This document shows, one piece after another, positions 36,801-45,893 of a DNA stretch of 64,000 nt. The notes below the pieces were generated by a model. The model did not search any database, had not been told where the DNA came from, and worked only from the letters and a program-made list of their open reading frames with translations. The stretch's first letter is position 1, and each line of letters starts with the position of its first letter. This DNA comes from a virus (Duplodnaviria; Caudoviricetes): IMG/VR virus record IMGVR_UViG_3300033463_000076, positions 1 to 64,000 of that record; one strand, 5' to 3'. The position numbers were made by a program, and so were the translations under genes.

Positions 36801-37493
36801 CTATATCGATTCCATCGTCTTATTCAGGACACATACCAGACGGTCGAGCATATCGTCCTGACTGACGTTCTTGAACTGCGGGTACATGGCCTTCGCCTTG
36901 TCATCCATGACGACCACATCGTCGATGGCACGTATGCTGACGAACGGCACGGCGTTCTTATGGCAGACCTGAGCGATAGCGGCGCTTTCCATATCACAGG
37001 CCTTGGCCTTACTGAAGTGGTTGCGTATGCCGTTGGCCGTCTTCCTGTTGCCGATGATGCTGTCACCGCTGACCACGAGACCCTGATGGAACGACAGGCC
37101 CACATCGACCATACGGCTTACGATCCTGTCATCGGAACGGTAGAACGACGGTTCACCAGGATATCGTCCGAACTCGTTGTTTATACCATAGCAGACATCA
37201 TAGTAGCAGAAGTGCGAGCCTACGACGATACTGCCCGGCAGCAGGGCACTGACGAGCGACTTCGCCATTCCTATCGTGATGACAGCATCGGGCTTCACCT
37301 CACTGATAAGCGAACCTGCAGTAACGGCGAGGTTCACCTTCCCCACAGCAGACAGGCAGACGAGTACCTGACTGTTTCCCCAAAAACCAAGCAGCCCGCC
37401 GTTGGAACGGACGGGCGCAGTACCATCGAACAGGATATCGGAAATCCTGCCTTGCAGACTGCTCAACGACGTAATAATACCTATCTTCTTCAT
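36801..37493 (-). CDS. mtnN: MTA/SAH nucleosidase-like protein
   Basis: SAVGKVNLA, VITIGMA, VVSGDS, CDMESAAIAQVC, PFVSIRAIDD. Confidence 0.85.
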   Translation of the reverse strand: MKKIGIITSLSSLQGRISDILFDGTAPVRSNGGLLGFWGNSQVLVCLSAVGKVNLAVTAGSLISEVKPDAVITIGMAKSLVSALLPGSIVVGSHFCYYDVCYGINNEFGRYPGEPSFYRSDDRIVSRMVDVGLSFHQGLVVSGDSIIGNRKTANGIRNHFSKAKACDMESAAIAQVCHKNAVPFVSIRAIDDVVVMDDKAKAMYPQFKNVSQDDMLDRLVCVLNKTMESI

Positions 37494-37582
37494 AACTCAG
37501 TACTGAAACTTACTCGTGAAAAAACAGCAGGCCGGCGATCAACCGATATCATCCCCAATCACAATGACTTCCTGCTGTGTCG

Positions 37583-37655
37583 TGGCGGGAAACGGACTCG
37601 AACCGCTGACCTTGAGTGTATGACGCTCACGAGCTACCAACTGCTCCATCCCGCT
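37583..37655 (-). tRNA. tRNA-Met(CAT), initiator-like with altered anticodon stem
   Basis: 73-nt cloverleaf; A1:C72 mismatch; TGGAGCAGTTGGTAGCTCG D-arm; loop GT-CAT-AC; TTCGAGT T-loop; no encoded CCA. Confidence 0.8.
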
Positions 37656-37730
37656 CTCCAGCCGTCTTCCCAGACAACTGGACTCATTACCAATAACTAA
37701 AAACCTATTACTTACTATGAATTACAACAA

Positions 37731-38135
37731 CTAACCGAATAAATCAGCCTGCGTGTACTTCGGATTCTTGCTGACACCGAACTCAGGAACCTCGATTCCC
37801 AGATTCTGCTCCAGCCACTCCGCAACCAGGAAACGGTGACATTTGTCATCAGGCTTCTCATAACAACAGAGGGCCACATCCTTGCCGTGCCCTAACTGCT
37901 TCAGTTTCTCGTAGAACTCCTGCGGATTGACCTTGCCCAGAACCTCACGACGGAAACGGGGATTGTAGACCTCGTCCGGCGCATTGCTCATAGCGAAAAT
38001 CTGAGGAGTCGGAGCGACCTCCCTCAGATTGGGACCGTAGAACCACTTGGGAGGGTACAGCGTGATACCGATAACCATCACTCCCGCCTTCGAGAGCTTC
38101 GCGCTGTTGCCGAAATATGACGTATATACTTTCAT
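37731..38135 (-). CDS. DUF488 family protein
   Basis: VYTSYF...APTPQI...VALCCYEKPDDKCHRFLVAEWL. Confidence 0.8.
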   Translation of the reverse strand: MKVYTSYFGNSAKLSKAGVMVIGITLYPPKWFYGPNLREVAPTPQIFAMSNAPDEVYNPRFRREVLGKVNPQEFYEKLKQLGHGKDVALCCYEKPDDKCHRFLVAEWLEQNLGIEVPEFGVSKNPKYTQADLFG

Positions 38136-38153
38136 ATTGTTTGTATTATTGTG

Positions 38154-38185
38154 TAAAGGTAGTAAATTTATTTGAAATACAAATA
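38154..38185 (-). promoter_or_regulatory. hybrid promoter: palindromic -33 plus TACCTTTA -7
   Basis: TATTTG-AAATA-CAAATA (38169-38185); TACCTTTAC 18 nt downstream of the TTTG. Confidence 0.6.
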
Positions 38186-38216
38186 GAATTAACTCTTAAA
38201 ATGCTTATCTTTATGA

Positions 38217-38753
38217 TTATTTAACTGATTGACGCACAACTCTTAACCTACATCCGTCACCTCCACCGTGCAAGTAGTCGCCGATGGCCTCGTCAGCGGA
38301 TCGGTAGTGCAGCCACTTCCTCAGCTTGTTGATGTAGACTGGAGGGACGTAATACCTGAACACTCCGCTTTCAAGTTCCTCGATCTCCTTCAGGATGCGC
38401 CGGCGCTTCTTCTCACGGGCTTCCGACGTGAATCCGAACAGGTCATCATCGACCTGCTTGTCTAACTTCGACAACTGACTGCGCTTGCCTTTCAGCAGCG
38501 TCTTCGTCTTCACCTCGATATAGTCCTGACCGAGCGGCAAATCCTGACGGCCACAATAGAACTCAACCCTCCGTTTCGGATTGGCGACCTTCACCAGTGC
38601 CGCAAGATACTCAAAGTACCACTTCCACCTGACAGACAATTCCAAAGGAAGGTTGCCACGGTAATAGACAACCTCCTCGGTGATTCCAGGATATTGTAGC
38701 ATCGATATCGTAATCTTCGCACAACACTTAACTCTCGAGTCCACCTTCTCCAT
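38217..38753 (-). CDS. hypothetical phage protein
   Basis: 178 aa, tightly packed ORF. Confidence 0.55.
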   Translation of the reverse strand: MEKVDSRVKCCAKITISMLQYPGITEEVVYYRGNLPLELSVRWKWYFEYLAALVKVANPKRRVEFYCGRQDLPLGQDYIEVKTKTLLKGKRSQLSKLDKQVDDDLFGFTSEAREKKRRRILKEIEELESGVFRYYVPPVYINKLRKWLHYRSADEAIGDYLHGGGDGCRLRVVRQSVK

Positions 38754-38754
38754 A

Positions 38755-38982
38755 TCACAATGTCTTTACCTCTTCCTCGACAGCTTTGATTCTTTCCTTA
38801 ACACTACATAGAATTGCCTCCTTTGTGTCTCGGTCACGAATAACTCCGAAAGTGTCCTCAGAATTACCTACGACTTTTACATAACCGCCACCTGACAACA
38901 GATCACGGCATAATTTCAACTCCTCGAGTTCTTTTCCCAACTCATTTGCTCTTTTCAGATTCTTAATATCCATAATCAACAA
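38755..38982 (-). CDS. hypothetical protein
   Basis: 75 aa, coupled ORF. Confidence 0.5.
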   Translation of the reverse strand: MLIMDIKNLKRANELGKELEELKLCRDLLSGGGYVKVVGNSEDTFGVIRDRDTKEAILCSVKERIKAVEEEVKTL

Positions 38983-39140
38983 ATTTATAATCTACTAAAT
39001 TACTGATAGGGACAGTCTGGATGTCTTTTCCCATCCGGACAACCAAACTGTCACCTTCGATACCTAAGAAAACAGGTGTGTTAGCGATAGACCTCTTAAC
39101 GAAAGCCCTTATACGCCTCCATTTCGCAAGACTGACATTC

Positions 39141-39569
39141 TTAGCAGTCCTTTGTGGTTTCCTCCTGTTCTTCCTGCTCATTGTCTTCACGGAATACAAT
39201 TTCCTTCTTAGTGTCGAACTTCCACTTTGCAAGTTCGTCAGTGAGCATCTTTGCAATCCTTATGGAACGGTCAACGAGACTCTCGTCCCGCCAATTACCA
39301 CCGTTACTCAACTGACCCTGCATGGCCATACCTGCGAACATACAGAAATGCGTCTCAGCAGCTTTCTGATGCTCACTCTTACCATACTTCTCGTCCCAGT
39401 CCAAATCGTCGAAGTCCCAGTAGAAATTCAAACCCTTCGTCATGGGATGCTCCTCGAGCTTGCTGTCGATGTAGCTTACCCAGTCCGTCTTTCTTCTCTT
39501 GTCACCCTCGCCTTGCCATTGCGTGACAAGAACGATCTCTCCAGTCTTAATGTTCTTCTTCTTAAACAT
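39141..39569 (-). CDS. hypothetical protein
   Basis: 142 aa; AGMAMQGQLSN...SIRIAKMLTDEL motif common in phages. Confidence 0.5.
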   Translation of the reverse strand: MFKKKNIKTGEIVLVTQWQGEGDKRRKTDWVSYIDSKLEEHPMTKGLNFYWDFDDLDWDEKYGKSEHQKAAETHFCMFAGMAMQGQLSNGGNWRDESLVDRSIRIAKMLTDELAKWKFDTKKEIVFREDNEQEEQEETTKDC

Positions 39570-39572
39570 AAC

Positions 39573-39785
39573 TTAAACACTTTGATTACTAAACTCTATT
39601 CTATAGCCCTTGCCTATCAGCGACGGGCGTTTTTCTTCAACAAACCGCTTGATATCATCACCGTCGTATGTAGGTAGAATTACCCCACCCACTACAGACG
39701 GGAACGGACGACCCAGATACTTCAACTGGCATACGAAACGCTCTCCAATCATCACGTCTATCAACAGAAAATTAGGTATCTTCAT
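39573..39785 (-). CDS. hypothetical protein
   Basis: 70 aa; FVEEKRPSL motif. Confidence 0.5.
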   Translation of the reverse strand: MKIPNFLLIDVMIGERFVCQLKYLGRPFPSVVGGVILPTYDGDDIKRFVEEKRPSLIGKGYRIEFSNQSV

Positions 39786-39786
39786 A

Positions 39787-40047
39787 TCATTCGAAATTTA
39801 TACATAACTGCACAGGCTTATTGCCGTGCTTTTCCTTCGTTCTCGCATATATGGGACACTTGTCTCTGTAGGCGCACCGTCCTGCTTTTGCATCAGCGAA
39901 ACGGATATCCCACAGCTCTGCGTATTCAGGCGTTCCCATCTTAGCCTCCTCGTTCAGATATCCGACCAGCTTCATGCAGAAGAACCCACGTTCCTGAGTC
40001 TTCTCGCCGAATATCTCAACCAGTCCGTTTCCTGCAGGTGTTCCCAT
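39787..40047 (-). CDS. Cys-rich hypothetical protein
   Basis: Likely start MGTPAG at 40047; C-x4-C-P-I-Y. Confidence 0.45.
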   Translation of the reverse strand: MGTPAGNGLVEIFGEKTQERGFFCMKLVGYLNEEAKMGTPEYAELWDIRFADAKAGRCAYRDKCPIYARTKEKHGNKPVQLCINFE

Positions 40048-40048
40048 A

Positions 40049-40426
40049 TCATTTCTTACGTTTGAACTTAACATCGAATCCGTCAGCCCTGTCTTCACCC
40101 ATACAATAGCAGTCAGGGCATTTGATACCACTCGGCTCGAAGACACAGCCAGTACATCCTTCCTCTGCCTTGGTGCAGACGTACTTCTGACCGTTCAGGA
40201 CAATCACCGTGCCTATCGGGATATCACAGTTCTTACTATCGACGATATCGGAAAGCAGGTTCCTGATCTCCTCGTTCGTCGAGCCTTTCTTACCCAGGTG
40301 TACGACCTCTGAGCTGGCCTCACCCAGCATGACCTTCATATAAACGTCACCATCGTCACCGATTGCAATCCGTAATTTGACGTTAGGGTTGTCATCACTG
40401 ATAAGCGTAGCGCGTTTGTAACTCAT
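40049..40426 (-). CDS. hypothetical protein with C-terminal Cys cluster
   Basis: CTGCVF...CPDCYC...RADGFDV. Confidence 0.5.
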   Translation of the reverse strand: MSYKRATLISDDNPNVKLRIAIGDDGDVYMKVMLGEASSEVVHLGKKGSTNEEIRNLLSDIVDSKNCDIPIGTVIVLNGQKYVCTKAEEGCTGCVFEPSGIKCPDCYCMGEDRADGFDVKFKRKK

Positions 40427-40815
40427 AACCTGCCTCCTTTCATCATTTCGGGGTTGTCATGTATATTCCCGACAATGGCGTAGTGCGAACAGAACGCCTT
40501 ATCCAATGGCAGCATCCAGCTCTTTTCCACGTCTGTCCTGAGAACGAAACGACCCATGTCAACCTCATAGACAACCTTGATACGGAACTCTCTGAGGTCG
40601 AAGATATCGCCCTCGTATATCGGCTTGCCCTTCTTGTCATACAAGCCCGTGAACTGGCCTATCGTCTCAGGTACGACACCATTGATATCCAGCAGCCCGT
40701 CAGTGATTACGTGCCGGCCTCTCTGACCGTCGTACAGGTAGTAGCCAGTACACCACTTGCCCACGAAGTTCCGACCTCTGAACTCGAACGGCTTCCTCTT
40801 TACATCAGTACTCAT
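40423..40815 (-). CDS. YopX family protein
   Basis: FEFRG...VVPETIGQFTGLYDKKGKPIYEGDI...VGNIHDNPE. Confidence 0.85.
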   Translation of the reverse strand: MSTDVKRKPFEFRGRNFVGKWCTGYYLYDGQRGRHVITDGLLDINGVVPETIGQFTGLYDKKGKPIYEGDIFDLREFRIKVVYEVDMGRFVLRTDVEKSWMLPLDKAFCSHYAIVGNIHDNPEMMKGGRL

Positions 40816-41128
40816 ACCTCTCCAGCTTATTATTCAACTCCTCGACCCTCGGATCATGACCATAGTCGAAATCCTCTTGCTCTTTCAGTTCATCGTCCAT
40901 ATCACGTAAACCAAATATCGTTCAACATAAACTGCTCCTCGATGTTCTCGGACTCGATGACAGCCACTACCTCACCACTCTCAGCCTCCTGAGCCTCTGG
41001 CTTCACCGGCTGTACTCTTGCAAACTCTCTATCTTTCATACTCATTGGGTTGTTTTACTCTACTCAACTGCTCGTAATACGCTTTGTTGGGAAACGCTCC
41101 AAGGCCATGCCAGCCCTGGTTCTGACGC

Positions 41129-41926
41129 TCAAGACGTCTTTCCTTTCTTTTCTGATACACTCTGTTCATAGTTCTCTATCTTTATCGGGTTTACTTTCAT
41201 CGTCTCGAGATTGACGAACGCTCCCTGCGTGTCGATCACTCCCTTGAACATCTTCCATAACAGGGCACATCCGACCTGTGCCAGCGTCGAGTTGATGAAC
41301 AAATCCTGCTTGCGTAACGCTGCAGCCAGTGAACAGCTCGGTCCGCTGTCATCATCCTTGACGGCTTTCAGGTCGTAATACTCTGCCACCGTGCGAAGAC
41401 TGGCAATACCATTCTCCTTCGGCTGCTTGTACTCCTTGCCGACCGTACCGAGAATAACCTGGCCACGGTCAGTCATATTGCCGAAGTCCAACCAGTACAT
41501 CGGCTTATCGTAGTCGTAATTCCTATCCTTTGACCTCAGACGGCTTGCTATGACCATACGGGCCTTGACGGTATCAACACAGGATATCGTTATATTGGCA
41601 CGCTTCGACTTGCTCCCGTACATCTTCGGAACACAAGACCATCTGGTACCGAAAAACATATTGACCTTCGTGGTCAGCACCTCAGCCTTGTTATGGCCTA
41701 TCTCCTGCATGGAGAACAACTGTCGGCCACAATTAGCCTCAGTGACGATATCACCGTCATAGACCGTCACCTGCAGACCAGGATGTCCCAGCTGCTGCAA
41801 AGCATAACTGATACGGCCGAGTGATGTCAGGACTTGCGAACCTGTACCGCCACAGCCTATCAACGAGACCGTCACAGGGTGGTACGGATTCAGCAGATAC
41901 TCATTTACATAATGCACTTGCTTCAT
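41129..41926 (-). CDS. PRTRC system ThiF (E1-like) protein
   Basis: IGCGGTGS, YDGDIVTEANCGRQLF, ISCVD, WLDFGN...GQVILG, GPSCSLAAALRKQDLFIN. Confidence 0.9.
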   Translation of the reverse strand: MKQVHYVNEYLLNPYHPVTVSLIGCGGTGSQVLTSLGRISYALQQLGHPGLQVTVYDGDIVTEANCGRQLFSMQEIGHNKAEVLTTKVNMFFGTRWSCVPKMYGSKSKRANITISCVDTVKARMVIASRLRSKDRNYDYDKPMYWLDFGNMTDRGQVILGTVGKEYKQPKENGIASLRTVAEYYDLKAVKDDDSGPSCSLAAALRKQDLFINSTLAQVGCALLWKMFKGVIDTQGAFVNLETMKVNPIKIENYEQSVSEKKGKTS

Positions 41927-42636
41927 ACGAACAGCGAATTAAACGTTTTACTAATCTTGACCATTTGTTCCGTCGGGAACTGCTTGCCTGTAGCAATACA
42001 CTCCTTCGTGATCACTGCGAGGTTACTCCTGACAGGATTGTTACCGATAAGGGATGCAAACTCAGACTTCCAAAACATATCCTCCCAGTAGGCTATCCAG
42101 TTCTCGAACGTGTTATCTTTCGGCTTCTGTACCTTTGCCGAACCAAGGCAGATACCACCGTCGCTATATACGTTGAAGAACGGGGCGGCATACAGGATGT
42201 TCTTCGGCTTCTTGCCCTTGAAAGCAAAGACACTTAGCCTTCGGCCATCGGCTACGTATATCAGCCCAGGCACCCACATCATGCCGTTCTCTATTCCCAG
42301 ACCCTTTGCGAAATACATCATCCTTTTCTCAGGGCCACGCCACCAAATCATCTTGTGGTGCTCCATACTGCTATTCGTGTATAGGAGGTTTGACGGTACT
42401 CTGCCGTGCATCGTAACAAGAGACGTGTTCTTGCCGACGTACTTGCTGACCGTCTTCATTATCTTTGCAAGCGTGTTAATCTCTAACGGACTGCCAGCAC
42501 CAAACTGGCCGTTGTCGATAGGACGATGCTCGACGAACGTTCCTTCCTTACTGCCTATCTTCTGCGTCGGCTTATAGAAAATGATAGCATCCGTCGGCTG
42601 CAGCTTGCTCTTTAACAAATCACTAAATGTACTCAT
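41923..42636 (-). CDS. PRTRC system protein B (prokaryotic E2 family D)
   Basis: WWRGP...VPGLIY...APFFNVYSDGGICLG...WEDMFWKSEF. Confidence 0.85.
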   Translation of the reverse strand: MSTFSDLLKSKLQPTDAIIFYKPTQKIGSKEGTFVEHRPIDNGQFGAGSPLEINTLAKIMKTVSKYVGKNTSLVTMHGRVPSNLLYTNSSMEHHKMIWWRGPEKRMMYFAKGLGIENGMMWVPGLIYVADGRRLSVFAFKGKKPKNILYAAPFFNVYSDGGICLGSAKVQKPKDNTFENWIAYWEDMFWKSEFASLIGNNPVRSNLAVITKECIATGKQFPTEQMVKISKTFNSLFV

Positions 42637-43831
42637 CCTCTTCTTCTTGAATCTTATCGAATTTCTTTACTGCGTGATAGAAGTCGACTATCCACTTCGA
42701 AAATCTGGAACCAAGGTCTATCGCTTCTGCGAACTCCCTGATATCATCGTCTTTCAATTCCTCACTGAGCCAAAGATGCAGGTTGTAGTCCACAGGATTG
42801 ACACCGCAGTTATAATCGTTCTCCAGCGCTTGGATAAGCGCATCCTCGATACCGTCATTGTCGCTATAGAGAATCGCCTGCTGTGAAAACACCTCGATAT
42901 ATCCGTCACCCTCTTCGGTGAAACCGTCGACATCAGGATTGAAATCAAACCAGTGGATATTCATCTGCTTGACTACCGGCAACCCGTCAACGATAACCTT
43001 GAAAAGATGACACACATCGAAATCATCACACTCCTCGATGTACTGCTCCATCCTCTCCTTCAGGTTCTCAGGATGCAGCCGTCGTATCTCCTCGAACAGC
43101 TTTTCATACTTACCGCCCTCTCGATAGGCAGCGACCGTATCACGACGCTTCTGAAGATGCTCCCTGTCCTCTCCTTCAAGTTCCTCGATGTCCTGGTCTG
43201 GGTCATCGTGGTAATTCATAATCATATCGAGGTAGTAGTTATCGCTGTTGGCACCGATATAGATACACATCGAATCCGACACGAAACTGATGAACTCCTT
43301 GTATAGCTCAGCAGCTTTAGGCGGTAGCGTTTCCGCTGGCGAGGCGATAAAGACGATAACCTTCATTTCCAACTCGGCGCACGGACTGTAGACCACAAAG
43401 TCGATATCTGCACAGTCTTCGTCATACGGATCATGCTTCAACGTCGCCAACTGGAATCCAAGTTCCTCCACCTTCGGCTCAAACCAGGAAATAAGCCCAT
43501 CGAGCTTTTCCACGATACTGGAACGCTTCTTCGGTGCGAAGTCGAACGGCTTACCGAAGAATCTCATGAAGCGCTCGACCGTACGACAAAGCCGGTCGTA
43601 GCTGCTGGCAATGTTCAGATTATAACAACTGCTCAGCTGCTCTTCCTTGACCGGCTTATCCTTCAGCTTGACATTCAGAAAAGCAAAGGGGTCATTCCAA
43701 CAGGGGGCAACAGCATTTGACTCTCTGACCTCTCGCCTCGGGCGTTCCTGAACGATCCGTGCAGGTCTTGCTCTACGATTTGATACAGGTCTCTGTGAAA
43801 CTGACCTCTCTGCTCTTCCGTACATACACAT
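42623..43831 (-). CDS. PRTRC-locus large acidic protein (protein F position)
   Basis: 402 aa between the C and B genes; start uncertain. Confidence 0.5.
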   Translation of the reverse strand: MCMYGRAERSVSQRPVSNRRARPARIVQERPRREVRESNAVAPCWNDPFAFLNVKLKDKPVKEEQLSSCYNLNIASSYDRLCRTVERFMRFFGKPFDFAPKKRSSIVEKLDGLISWFEPKVEELGFQLATLKHDPYDEDCADIDFVVYSPCAELEMKVIVFIASPAETLPPKAAELYKEFISFVSDSMCIYIGANSDNYYLDMIMNYHDDPDQDIEELEGEDREHLQKRRDTVAAYREGGKYEKLFEEIRRLHPENLKERMEQYIEECDDFDVCHLFKVIVDGLPVVKQMNIHWFDFNPDVDGFTEEGDGYIEVFSQQAILYSDNDGIEDALIQALENDYNCGVNPVDYNLHLWLSEELKDDDIREFAEAIDLGSRFSKWIVDFYHAVKKFDKIQEEEDEYI

Positions 43832-43838
43832 CGCTTCT

Positions 43839-44048
43839 TCATCCTTTAGTTCCTACCGTAGTCTTGAACTCATAGACGGCTACCTCGCCCTCCATCTTCG
43901 GGCCGTGGACGTTACTCGTCGTCAGCTCTGGATATGTGCCAGCGTAGAACTGCATCACCTCTTCGGGCGTCATTTCAGGGTCTGGGTCATCCAACTGACG
44001 GTTGCCGTACTTGAACTGTCTCTTTACTCCTTGAATCTGTAGTGCCAT
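43839..44048 (-). CDS. PRTRC system protein C (ubiquitin-like)
   Basis: RQFKY...LDDPDPEMTPEEV..FYAGTYPEL...TVGTKG, ending in Gly. Confidence 0.9.
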   Translation of the reverse strand: MALQIQGVKRQFKYGNRQLDDPDPEMTPEEVMQFYAGTYPELTTSNVHGPKMEGEVAVYEFKTTVGTKG

Positions 44049-44051
44049 AAC

Positions 44052-44687
44052 TTACTCCTCCTCTTCTATTGGTTCATTATCAGTGTCATTGTCATCATCG
44101 TTCAGCTCCATAGCATCCTGAAACGCTGCTGCAGTAGCATCGTCTTCAGACGTCTTTACATCCTTGCCGTCAGACTTATCCTCCTCGGCTCCGAACATCA
44201 GGCCCTCACCGCTGACCTGAAGAATCTCCTTCTCTACGGTGGCGATCAGCTTCTTGTCTGCATCGGGTACGGCCTCGGCTTTCTTCAGGATAGCCTTTGC
44301 GTCCTTGAACTTGTGTTCGTCCTTGTTCTTACGGGCGAGGGCAATCAGGTCGTCGAACGTCTTCTTGTTCTTTGCCTTGATGTCCTTCTCTTTCTTCGCC
44401 ATTTCAGAAGCCTTACGGGCGGTCTCTACGGACTCCTCGAACTCCTTGATGTTAGTCACGAGGCCCTGAGCCTTTCCGACGGACTGGAGGGCTTTGATGA
44501 AGCCTTCCTCGAACTCCTCCGGCGTACCGTTGGCCACGATCGGGACGATGTTATCAACTGCCTTGTCTTTCACTCCTTTCGTGTCAGACAAGAGACTCAT
44601 GGCGAGGTTCTCGCCGTTCTTGCGGATTGTCAACGTTATCTGCTGACCATCCTGCAGCACTGCTGCAATTTCCTTGAAAAATTCCAT
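44052..44687 (-). CDS. PRTRC system protein E
   Basis: Likely start MEFFKEIAA; PIVANGTPEEFEEGF motif; acidic tail. Confidence 0.8.
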   Translation of the reverse strand: MEFFKEIAAVLQDGQQITLTIRKNGENLAMSLLSDTKGVKDKAVDNIVPIVANGTPEEFEEGFIKALQSVGKAQGLVTNIKEFEESVETARKASEMAKKEKDIKAKNKKTFDDLIALARKNKDEHKFKDAKAILKKAEAVPDADKKLIATVEKEILQVSGEGLMFGAEEDKSDGKDVKTSEDDATAAAFQDAMELNDDDNDTDNEPIEEEE

Positions 44688-44738
44688 ATCACTTACGTTA
44701 AAAACTTGTTTCTTAATGCTGGCCAACCGGCCGCTCTC

Positions 44739-44894
44739 TTACTTGTTCAATGCTGAATAGTTCATCAACCAGGTTGCCGCTGTCTGCTGGCTTGCTCCTG
44801 TCTCTGTGACTATCTTCTCCAGTGTGCCCAGAAACGACTCTTTCTGAGCACGTGCGGAGTCGATTATCTTCCGCACGTTCTCAGGCGTTTCCAT
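44739..44894 (-). CDS. hypothetical protein (51 aa)
   Basis: METPENVRKIIDSARAQ...; starts right after the upstream stop. Confidence 0.45.
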   Translation of the reverse strand: METPENVRKIIDSARAQKESFLGTLEKIVTETGASQQTAATWLMNYSALNK

Positions 44895-44895
44895 A

Positions 44896-45552
44896 TTACA
44901 GGTTGTCTTTGTAGTCCGAAACATTCTCCGCGCAGCTGATCTGAGTGGCACCGCGACGGTTAACGAAATACTTCTCCAGCGTTCTCTTGATGCGGATGAC
45001 CTGAATCTGGCAGTATTCCATGCCGACAGGGAAACCATCTTCCGAGTTGTCGAAGTAACCGAGGGTACGGAACGACTTCAGGCCTACAGACTTGGCAGCT
45101 GCGCTTCCTTCGTCGTACTTGTCAAAGCCAGTACCGTCAGACTTGACGAACATTCGAGTGAAGCGGACGGTATCGGTGTCGCTTGACTGCTTGAAGTACT
45201 CCTGAACGATACAGAACTGGTTCAGCAGTGGGTCGTTACTGCGAAGAAGCTCGTCGATCCAGTAAGGCGAGAACGTTCCAGTGGTAGCCACGTCGAACTT
45301 GTAAGGCTCCTGTTTCTCCTCCTTAGCCTCTGCCGGCTGCTCGGGCTCTACAGGCTCCAGGTCTTCCTCTTTCTCCACTCGGACATTACCCTGATACTGC
45401 TTCTTCAGGGAAGCCTTCAATGCTGATACACTGCGCTTACCTTTCAACTCCTCCAGCTGCTTGAAAAGCTCCTCGGACTTGATGGTTGCTGACTCGAAGT
45501 TCTCACTCTCGAAAATGCTCTTAATCTGAGCCTTAATCTCTTTTTCTTTCAT
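44896..45552 (-). CDS. hypothetical protein
   Basis: 218 aa; TAAGAGCA-ATG start. Confidence 0.55.
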   Translation of the reverse strand: MKEKEIKAQIKSIFESENFESATIKSEELFKQLEELKGKRSVSALKASLKKQYQGNVRVEKEEDLEPVEPEQPAEAKEEKQEPYKFDVATTGTFSPYWIDELLRSNDPLLNQFCIVQEYFKQSSDTDTVRFTRMFVKSDGTGFDKYDEGSAAAKSVGLKSFRTLGYFDNSEDGFPVGMEYCQIQVIRIKRTLEKYFVNRRGATQISCAENVSDYKDNL

Positions 45553-45700
45553 TGCTCTTAATTTTTTAAAAACGTTTCTTAATATGTTTATTGTTTACAC
45601 TTGTAAAGGTAGTGAATTTTCTCGAATTGTGCAAGGGTTACGCTCTTTATTTTGTTAACCGGACTTAACTGGCGAAGAGTTTAACCTTTCCTAACTTTTG
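45550..45700 (-). promoter_or_regulatory. repeated promoter/leader unit, copy 2
   Basis: GTTA boxes; TTGC-N19-TACCTTTAC; ATTAAGAAAC; TAAGAGCA-ATG. Confidence 0.7.
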
Positions 45701-45704
45701 ACCC

Positions 45705-45890
45705 TTAGTTGGCGAACATACGCTTTACGTTCGGCCTTGACAGCAGGTGGTCTTTCAGCAGGATTGCCTTGCCCTGGAAGTAGTATCCATATCTCCACAG
45801 CTCAACGAGGAAACCTTTCTCCCAGTATCGCTCTACGAAATAGGTCTCTTTGCCTATCTCTATCTTCTTATGGAGGCTAACGACTGTCAT
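45705..45890 (-). CDS. hypothetical protein
   Basis: 61 aa, coupled ORF. Confidence 0.45.
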   Translation of the reverse strand: MTVVSLHKKIEIGKETYFVERYWEKGFLVELWRYGYYFQGKAILLKDHLLSRPNVKRMFAN

Positions 45891-45893
45891 GGC

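Noticed and set aside
43675-43842. 55-aa alternative-frame ORF ATGA-coupled to the Ubl stop and overlapping the start of the 402-aa gene
   Set aside because: No motif support, and I cannot tell it from a chance overlap or resolve a frameshift without homolog alignments or Ribo-seq.
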